Assembly (NCBI GenBank): GCA_002269645.1 | Contig: NIVC01000350.1 | Location: 434,001 to 498,000, forward strand | Length of the DNA stretch: 64,000 nucleotides | Source of the DNA: Macrostomum lignano | Taxonomy: Eukaryota | Direction of reading: 5' to 3' | Part shown: in pieces, positions 38,501 to 47,600 of the stretch | Position numbering within the stretch: the first letter of the stretch is position 1 | How the letters are laid out: each line of letters starts with the position of its first letter | Program-made: the position numbers and the translations under genes | Notes under the pieces: generated by a model | Databases searched by the model: none | Told to the model about the DNA's origin: nothing | What the model saw: only the letters and a program-made list of their open reading frames with translations

Positions 38501-39180
38501 ACCAATCTCATGAATATGAAAATCTATATTTTTCATAATTTTGTGTCATAAATAACATATGATAAGTTTCTATTTACAAGCAACTGAGCTCTTATTCTGA
38601 TCAATACACAATAAATCATATTTTCCTATTCAAATTTTCAGCACCTTGCATGGTTACTTTTTAGATTTCTAGTTTGGCTTATGCGTTTTTCACTCGCCTG
38701 CACCAGCTTAAAAATGCCGCTTTTTTGCAACAACCAGCCGTTTTATCCGAAGAAGCTATTGACTTCAAAGATCGTATTTTATAGGACTGTATGAGCGCCT
38801 AATTGGTATTGCTTTTTATAACCTATCAGTTTTATTTTTAAGGCTCATTTGCCTTAAAAATCTGTGTGGTAAATCTTAACTTTATTATTCAACACTGGTT
38901 CGTGGCTTGCAACCCAATATGTTTTTTCTAGTCATTTATAACCCAAAAATATTTTTTACGGATGCGTTTATCTGCAACAGTTTATAACCTGAACACTAAG
39001 CATTCCGAGGCAATAAAATTCAATATGAATCGATTTTTTCTCCATTAAAAGAAGTTTTTGTTGCAATAATTTTTCATTATTAGGCTATTGACTACGTGGA
39101 GTAAGTCTATTATTATATATAGTCTTAAATAAGTTAGTTAACCAAAATACTATTATATCAGTCCGACATTCTACCACTTT

Positions 39181-39325
39181 GCTAGCATTTTACAGTTGGA
39201 TGAACTGAAGCAATGCAGAGTTAACTTTCTTGCTCAAGGACACAAATTGTTCCGAGTGAGTAGTCAAGAATCGAATCCCCGACCTTTCAGTCGAGTCCGA
39301 CGCTCTAACGACTAAGCCATCAGGC
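39181..39325 (-). mobile_element. CORE-SINE copy 2, about 70 bp upstream of the member F ATG
   Basis: Reverse complement shows a tRNA-like head (tggcttagtcgttagagcgtcggactcg...gattcgattc) followed by tgtgtccttgagcaagaaagttaactctgcattgcttcagttcatccaactgtaaaatg. Confidence 0.75.
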
Positions 39326-39395
39326 AGTAGCAGTATACTATATTTTCTGTTTATTCAAATAGATTCGAGTTAGCATTCAATTTATACACTTAGAA

Positions 39396-41507
39396 ATGGC
39401 CGCATTTCTGAATCCTCGATTTTCACCGGTCGCGTTCCCGTTGCTACTGGCAACGGCGCTCAGCATCGTTGCCACGGCGACTGCCGCCCGCTGCCAGAGC
39501 TATCAACAGCTGAGAATCTCCTCTCACACATCAGCCCAGCTGACTGTCAATGCCACAAGCGGCTGCTCCAGCTTCGTTCACGCATTGAACTTCAGCACCA
39601 CCCGCAGCAGCACCGGCTTCTCAGTCGCTATTGACAGCCTTCAGCTGCACGGATCGAACTCGCTAACCATCAGGAACGCCACCCATTCGCAGATTTTGAA
39701 GGTGACAAATTTTTATACGTCAACAGTTGGCTGTCGGCATCTTATTGTTGGATCCGGCAGCTGGTTCGAGGCTCGTCTGGTCTCCGATGCTCCGCCTTCG
39801 ATGGAGTCTTCGGCGCTGCTGTCCGTGGCGCCAATCTTTAGCGGCGACTGCCCGTACGGATGGCGCAGCAGCGGCTCCGTCTGCTACGGAAACCCGGCAA
39901 AGAACGATTTGGTCACCTTCGACCAGGCGTTTGAGCTGTGCCGCATGCTGCAGGCGAACCTCGCCATCGACTTTACAAGCACAGGCACCCTGGAGGCTCT
40001 GGTTGCCGACAGCAGGCCCTACTGGGTCGGCGTCATGGAGTACAGCTCCAAGAATACCAAGTTGTACTTCCTCACTGGCGAGCCCTTTCACATGTCGTGA
40101 GTGTCCGATTGATCTAGCAGGTGGCGGCTCACTGAGAGCACTTAAAAACCGGCCTAAATTAAGATCGATCTGAAGTTCGCGATTAACCATAAGTTGCATG
40201 TACATTAGGTCTAGTAGGCGATCGCACTGAAGCCTTCCTAAAAAAGCGGGGTAGGGCAGCTTATCGGTAAACGCGCACGACTCTCGCGCGGCGATCTCTG
40301 CGGTTCGATTCCGTGCTCATTCATTTGGGGCTCGTGCGATTGGCTTACGGAGGTTGTTGTGCGATTCACAGCCATGAAGGCCAACCCCCGAGGTACAGAG
40401 TGTGCATGCCTGACGATTAGATAGTCAGGGCCGCTGTACACAATGTGAGTGCGTGCGTGCCAGCGTACAGTATCCGCGCCTTTGTACCAGCATGTGCTCA
40501 TGAGTCAGCGGAATGGGCAGAGTTGCCGTCAGTGCTGGTTGTTGGACGATGTCGCCAAAGTGAACTGAAGTAATACAGAGTTAAGTATCTTGTTCAAGAA
40601 CACAAATTGTTCCAACTGGGACGAGAATCGAACCCCCGACCTTTCAGTCGTGAGTCCGACGCTCGAACCACTAGGCTACAATCTCCAAAATAAGCTGTCT
40701 CGGGGCACTTCTAAATTTATTTTCCGAAACTAAAGCTTTAATTTTTTATTCATCGTGTGTTTAGTCCAAAAGCCCATGCACTTCGCTATTTTTTTACGAA
40801 TTTTCTCAGCTTGTCACTAAGACAACTCGCTATAAATAAAAATAAATCAGTTACAGAGCATATCGCACCAACCCCACCACAGGCTGTACGACGTGCCCAA
40901 GACTCCATCGTACTGCTCAGGAACAAGCGACTGTCCGTGCGTTTTTTACCAGACCGGCTCGCTATATCGAGCCGACTGCTACTCGAACTTTGCCCAGCTG
41001 TGCTCCGCTCCAAAAGGCGGCACACCGGCAAAGTTTTACAATCCAAATAGATTATTAATCTACATCAAAGAGTGGTCCGAGGCCAATCCCTCTGAAATTA
41101 CGCTGATTTTTAGACGCTACTGGCCAGCTTTCCTAGCCTTATTCTTTGTCGTGGGCGGCTCCATTCTAGGCTATCGAATCTATCGACAACGAACTTCCAG
41201 ACTGATGGCCCGCCGAAACCAAATGGCGGGCGGATTGCCCGTTGCTGCCGTTGCATCCGCAGCCAATCCGCCGCCGCCTCCGGGCTCGTACCCGATGCAT
41301 GCTCCAGCCGCCTACCCGAATCCGATGCAGGCTCCAGCCGCCTACCCGAATTCGATGCAGCCGCCTCCTCCTCAAATCTCAAACCCGAGCTCGGTGCCAC
41401 AGCAGCAGCCGTCGGAGCCGCAGCCGCCTCCGTACAACTACCAGTACTTCAACAACTCCGGCTACCAGCCAGACTCTGCCAATGCTCCAAGCGAGATCAA
41501 AAAATGA
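39396..41507 (+). CDS. CUB-like + CTLD receptor, member F. Exons 39396-40096 and 40883-41507 (441 aa)
   Basis: Exon 1 is nearly identical to member E; phase-2 intron TC|GTGAGT...CACAG|G; CPCVFYQTGSLYRADCYSNFAQLC; TM; PPPY. Confidence 0.9.
40248..40557 (+). mobile_element. Second SINE family, most complete copy with tRNA-like head
   Basis: ggggtagggcagcttatcggtaaacgcgcacgact...GGTTCGATTCC (B box at 40302), followed by the shared body. Confidence 0.72.
40560..40679 (-). mobile_element. CORE-SINE copy 3
   Basis: Reverse complement: tagcctagtggttcgagcgtcggactcacgactgaaaggtcgggggttcgattc...tttgtgttcttgaacaagatacttaactctgtattacttcagttca. Confidence 0.75.
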
Positions 41508-42327
41508 AAATTATTTTGAAAACTATTTCGGAGCTATTATATTGACACGGTTAAACTGTACTTTTACTTAAATTGATCATTATAATATATTTTGACTCGA
41601 TGTTTGTGTTCGAGCATCAACGTCTTGGTAATTTGCACTTTAATAAGAAAAACTTCAAATTTTTACTAAAAAACTCAATATTTTAAGCATTCTAAGCTTT
41701 TTTTCACCATAAATGGCTTATATTAGCTGGATAACTGGTATTTTTACAACTGCACTAATTCGCATATGTAGTTATTTGGATTGAGCCCAATTTCATTCGG
41801 GCATTATTAATAGCATGACAAAAAGCGCGTAATTAGTGTTGTGTTTTCTCTAATAAACTTATTGAACTATTTGTTTTATTCAATACAGACTTTCTATAAC
41901 AGCTCATAGATATCTATCATGTTTATCAGGTTTATCAGGTCTTGACCAAACATTTATTACTTCTAGTAGTATCTCTTAATCCAAAGAGCCTAACTGTCTT
42001 TAATTGTTTTCTCACGTTTTTTTTACACAGCTACAATTCTAGAAACATTCCCAGAGAACAAATATATTATTTTCAACCCAAATGGTAATTTTCTTTCTGT
42101 GTTGATTTTTTCAATTGTACTGCTACGAGTACTATTAGTAGAATTTGTGGAGTATGTCAGCAAATTTTAAATACAAGAATTTTTTAAAAATATTTCGCAA
42201 GGCATCCTCAAAAAACTTTTTTAGTACACATACTGTACGCAATTACGCGCTAATAACGTCAACAACCGCTCGAACCGATATGAAACTTTCAATCAATGTG
42301 ACGGCCGGATACCTGCATGCTGCTTCA

Positions 42328-43203
42328 ATGCTATGCATGTAGCTCATACTTTCATTAACAGTAGGAGTCCCAAGCATTTTCCGCCCTGACAATTGCTTTG
42401 CTGCGCCGGAACGTAGCAACGCAGGCACACGAACTTTAAGAACACGGGCCAAATTTTTGTTGCGCACCTTCTCAAACGCCCCCCGGACGATCCAGGTATA
42501 GTGTATTCGACGATTCTGCCAGGGCGGATTTTCCCATAAGCGCCAGTGTATTCAGCCAATCAACACTGCCTCAGTGCAACCTTGCCAAGCCTCCAAATTT
42601 TATCAGCACGTCGACCAGGTGTCTGCATCAGCTCTGAATTCGTTGGTCACTGGTCTTCACCCAGGCAGGTAGAGCTTCTGGATCTTTAACAGAAGGCAGC
42701 AGGTGACTATATATTGTAGATACCCCTGGTGTGAATTTCTAGAGTTTCGCTGATCAAGCCTCGACAGTGGGCAAAACCTCAACTGCTGCACATCTCAAGC
42801 ATTCCCCGTCATCACCCCGACGCCGTCGGCACCTTCAACAGACGACACCGTGCAGTAGACAATACTCCTTAGTCTGGACGACTCCTCCTACTCCAGTAGT
42901 CTTATTTAGCTGACCGCTTCGTCTAGCGATCCGACCGGCTGGCTCCAACCCGCCAATTTGACAGTGACCGCTGCAGCCGTGACGAACTGTTTTGCTCGGT
43001 CCGCTACGGCGTTCCATGGAAAAATTGCAACGTTAACTTTTACCAAACGGCCTATCTGTGTCACATGTATAACTTGCTGCAGGCCAGTCATTACCAGCAC
43101 CGCGGAGTCCACTTCTTAAGGCAACGGAGTGCCCTATTGGGTCGGAGTCGCGAGTCAGAATAGGAGGCTTTATTTTATCAACGGCCCGCCTTTCTATCAG
43201 ACG
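42328..43203 (+). pseudogene. Degenerate seventh member (G) of the receptor cluster, exon 1 only; E/F-like
   Basis: DRCSRDELFCSVRYGVPWKNCNVNFYQTAYLCHM aligns with GDCPYGWRSSGSVCYGNPAKNDLVTFDQAFELCRM. It continues after frameshifts as PYWVGV and FYFINGPPFYQ, ending at a phase-2 donor AC|GTAAGT at the family position. Contains in-frame stops. The 5' boundary is uncertain. Confidence 0.75.
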
Positions 43204-43870
43204 TAAGTACACGTAGGCCTGCATTGGATTATTTATTTGCTAACGTTAAAGACAGCTAAAGATCAATTTCCTATGCCCAGTAAAGTCTGTTTCTGGAGCC
43301 TTGCAGAAAAACTACACCCAGCACTATACCAGCTGCGTTTTTGAAGCATCAGAATCACAGCTATTTGGCATCCTGCGCTCGTATATTCTATTATTTCTAA
43401 GCAAGCAGACTTGTGCTGTGCTATGCTCGGTGAATGAGTCTCTACATGTATTACTCAGTTCCTCGATACTCGTAAAAGAATACTGATTATACATTTATTA
43501 TTGATTTCAATTCGTATAACAAAGCCTTTTCAAATAATTTTAAAGCACAGACATCTAATAATTAAAAGGACGTGAGTGTATTTGTTTGTTTTTTCATTAT
43601 TTTTAGGCTTTATGCAGGATAACTTGGGCATTGGCTGCGAGAAAGTGATAAAGCAGCATAAAACAATGGGACAAATGGGTGTCAAGTGGTGTGTAATAAA
43701 TCCTTAATTTTATATACTGTTTTCAGAGACCGAAATCTACTGGTTCAACGCACAGATACTAGAATAACCAGATGGGCCACTCAGCACATTTGCATGTAAG
43801 CTACTTTCAGTTCAGTAGTAAGTTAAACTGAAGCATTTTAATGTATTTTTAAATCTAAGGCTCATTTATT

Positions 43871-43964
43871 GTTTTACCCCCGATTCGCTGAATCCCGATT
43901 CGCCGATTCCCGATTCGCAACGCGATCCTGCTAAGGGATCGGGAATCGGCGAATCGGGGTAAAC
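43871..43964. mobile_element. 94-bp palindromic MITE with 9-10-bp TSD (Mutator-like)
   Basis: ctcatttatt flanks both sides; TIR gtt(t)tacccccgattcgc / gcgaatcggggtaaac. Confidence 0.7.
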
Positions 43965-44648
43965 CTCATTTATTGGCTCTTAGCCTCAACTTCTAACTTC
44001 CAACTTCTAATCCCCCTATCGCGCCATTCCACACGCTACCCCCGCCCCGCCCCAATTTTTATTGCCTTTCTCGGAATTCCAGCCTAAAACTGCCATGTAC
44101 ATTTCAGTGGACTGGCCAATGTACATTATTGCTGAACCAATTAGCAAGTTGTTTGCGCTTGCGCCTGCAAGCTTGGCTTCTAAGCTTATCAAAGTAATTT
44201 CTTATTCAAGCTTATTCAAGTCATTTCAGCTGCCTTTATTTCTATAAAATAGCTTATGTATTTTTCTTTGCTACTGAACTGAAAGTAGAAAGCTGTTTTA
44301 CTAAGTATATGCCTGAGTGGCCCGTCTAGTCATTTTAGTATCTGTGGTTCAACGTGACTAAAGAGAATGAGTGAAAATCAACAGTAATATTGGTGCGAAT
44401 TGCTCAACATCAATGTTCAATTATGTAGAGTATTTGGGCTATAAATTGTTCAACACATTCTGCAGTTGCACTGAAACCGCATTGTAGCTCTTTACAAATG
44501 ACAAATTCTGAAAGCAGTGTTTGGTGTAAACTTTTTAAACTCAAAAGGCAATCACTACTAAGCTGAAAATGAAGTCAAGCTAATTATGTCGTTCTCTGTA
44601 CTCACCAATTTCACGCTGCAGTTCTTCAACTGCCGACAACGAAATTCT

Positions 44649-47600
44649 TCAACGCTTCCTACGCGGCGGCGGCGAGCGGCTGCGACTGCGGCTGCGACTT
44701 CGGCTGCGACTATCGCTGCGATCCGAATTGGATGGGCTGCGTCTGGAAAAAAAGTAACGAAGAGGCTGTTTCCTTATAGCTAGCTGGCGACTTCATTAAT
44801 AAGAATATCTATAAATCAAATTACGAATCACCCAGAAGTATAATTATGTCGGATAAGGCATCACGCAATAGCAGCAAATTATAATAAAATATTAATGCAA
44901 AATTTTTACACTTGATACTCAGATTTGATGAGTGTAGAGAAGATTAACAGCTGATTGCTGCAACGAAGCAAACAATGATAACTGCCGCGGCTCCAAACTC
45001 CCTCAGATCCCGGGAAATTCCCTTAATTTGTCTCCTCTTCTCCTTGGCTCCGTCGGAGACTGTGCAGTTGGGTCATGCAGCGAGAGGTGAGCTTGCAACG
45101 CGACTCTCAACTTCCGTTGCGTATGCAGTCGAGTCGAAGAGCAGCAGAGGGAGAATGGAAACGGAAGACCAGGCCAGTTGTAGCTAGGCACGCAGCTGCA
45201 GAAAAGGAAGAGAGAAGACAGCCGCGGATCGGGCAGCCGGTCGGATCAGTTGGCTGCCGTCTCGACAAGCTGACTGCAGTAATGCAGGCGCCAAGATGCG
45301 ATGGGCATACAGAGAAGGTCAGAATCGAACGGCATATAGGTTGCCGAGAGCTCGAGAGGTGAACTCCAAGCTATTAACGTATCGGGCGCGATGACTTAGT
45401 GCAGATCAGCTAGAAACGTATTCGAAAGGCGATTTTTTGTCTATAAAATTGAAGAGCAGTGCTAACTGTATTAAAAAAAGTTTTAAAAATCACATAGAAA
45501 ATTCTCCGAGATTGGTATTTCCTTCTCTTGAAACTAGCTTTATTGAAACTTTTGATAAATGCTTGGCCTCTGAATACAGACACATGAGCAACTTTTAGAG
45601 TCACTTTTATACTGGCTACAGGAAACACGCACTAAAACTTCACACGCTTGAATCAGGCATGTGTAAAGAACTGTCAATGTGTGTCTCAAGTAGAATATCG
45701 CCACTTAAATAGTAACATACTAACAAGTTTAACTGCAAAAATACTATAAGACCGGTTCCTGCGCAAATTATAGCTTGCAGTTTGCATTTCTGCTCACCTG
45801 CCGCGCCGTCTCTCTCGACTGCCATCGCGCCCGTTGGCGGCGGCGCCTCTGCCGCGCCCAGTTTTCGGACAGTTATAAGCGTAGTGGCCGCGAGTGCCGC
45901 AGTCATAGCAGCGATCGTACGGATCGAAGCCGCGCCGAGATTTCGGCCGCGACCGGCCGCTTGACATTTCTACACGGGCGCGAACGCCGCAAATTACAGA
46001 GCCGTCTAGCGATCTGGCTGCCTTTAATTTAATTAAACATGTAAAACACTAGCACTTTAGCATTCTGCATTTTGTTTTAAGTAGTATCTATTGCGTTTAT
46101 TTTTTCTCAATGGATTGACAAAAATGTAATGGCGGGGCGAATTTCTATTAGCTACAATCTAGTTCCCAGTGAGCTCCGCGAAACCCACAAACCCAAGGAC
46201 ACGCGCGAAGCGCGTGTCCTTGGGTTTGTGGGGTGAGCGGAGCGAACGCGCGAGGCACAAAGTGCCGAGCATGAGGAACAAACAGCCAGCCAATGCGCGA
46301 AGCGCATTGGGTGGTCTGGCTTGTGACGAATATAATAATATGAGACGTGTGCATCGAAAAAATGACAAGAAAAATCTCACAAAAACTGCTGTAACTTCAA
46401 AACTACAAGTGCGAATTTCACAAGTGAGGTGTCATTTTAAAGAGAAGAATCTGATCTATTTAACGAGTATAGTTTTGTATGGATTCACTGCGGAGAAAAG
46501 GAACAGGCTTCAGTTGAAATGTTTGTCTTAAGATTATGTCTTTACAAAAGTGCATTTCCTCATGCACATTAAAACTCGAGCTAAAAATGTTCGAGGGTTA
46601 TAGGTGCGCCTTACTAAGATGCATAACATTATTGGGTTGTTTTTTTCAATTGTATCAAAAAGTTGGCACTTTGGTTGCAAAAAATGCAAAAATTGAAAAT
46701 GTACTTTTACAGTTTTTTGCATTTTTTTCTATACTGCTAATAGTTAAGCATACATACTATGCACCAATTGATGCGCAATTCAAAGATACACAAGTGTGGA
46801 AGTTTTCAATTCTTAAACATTTGAAATCAGAAAGTTATCGACGAAAGACTAAAAATCATGATCTCAAACTGATTTGAGGAAAAGTGCTCATTATAATTTT
46901 TGGAATATGGAAGAAACAATTCAACGCCGTCATCTAATTCCAAACTAACTGTACTTTAAGGTACTGCGATGATTTTTTTATTGAAAGAGCGAAACCTGTT
47001 TAAATATTTGAAAAAATGGAAAAAAAGTACCTTTTTTCATAGAAATACACTCTTTTGACTGCTTAATCCGATTTCCAACAACAAAATAGTTGCTTTCCTG
47101 CTGGTGCAAACCGTTATTAGGGTGAATTTTCAAAATTGCATACTGTGCCAAAAGTAAACTGAAGCTTAATATTTATAAACATTAGAAACGGGACCACTAA
47201 TGGGTATTTTACTTTGGTTACTTACTATGGACTAAACTGGCACTGGCAGAGACAGATTTGAGAGAAACTAATTGCTCCATTGTATTTGTATTTGGCTCCA
47301 GCGTTACAAATTACAATAGCTATTTCGGGGTCTAACCGGCTAAGTTATCAAAAAAGCTAGATACCAATCACCAGTTTCATCATCAGCTATACCTACCACG
47401 ATTTTATAGTCACATGCAACAGTAATACCCTCCTTTAAAAGTTTTCAATATCTAAAATGATGTGTTAAATTTTATAAAATTTCATAAACAGTGAAATTTT
47501 AGCTGTTTACGTGCTGGTGGTTTGAACGTAGCTACTTTGTGCGAAAATACACTGTCATTAATACCGTACCTATTATTGTATTTATTGTATTGAAAGTTGA

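Noticed and set aside
40248-40320. Possible tRNA genes here and at 9447, 39260-39325 and 40610-40679
   Set aside because: There is no complete cloverleaf, and each continues into a repeated SINE body.
43600-43800. Possible exon 2 of pseudogene G (acceptor at about 43727, donor gtaagc at about 43796)
   Set aside because: No C.C, YLC, TM or PPxY signature in any frame I checked.
46140-47130. gcgaagcgc-rich segment followed by AT-rich sequence in SRSF7 intron 1, possibly a Helentron/HINE remnant
   Set aside because: I could not define termini, a hairpin or a second copy, so it is left unannotated.
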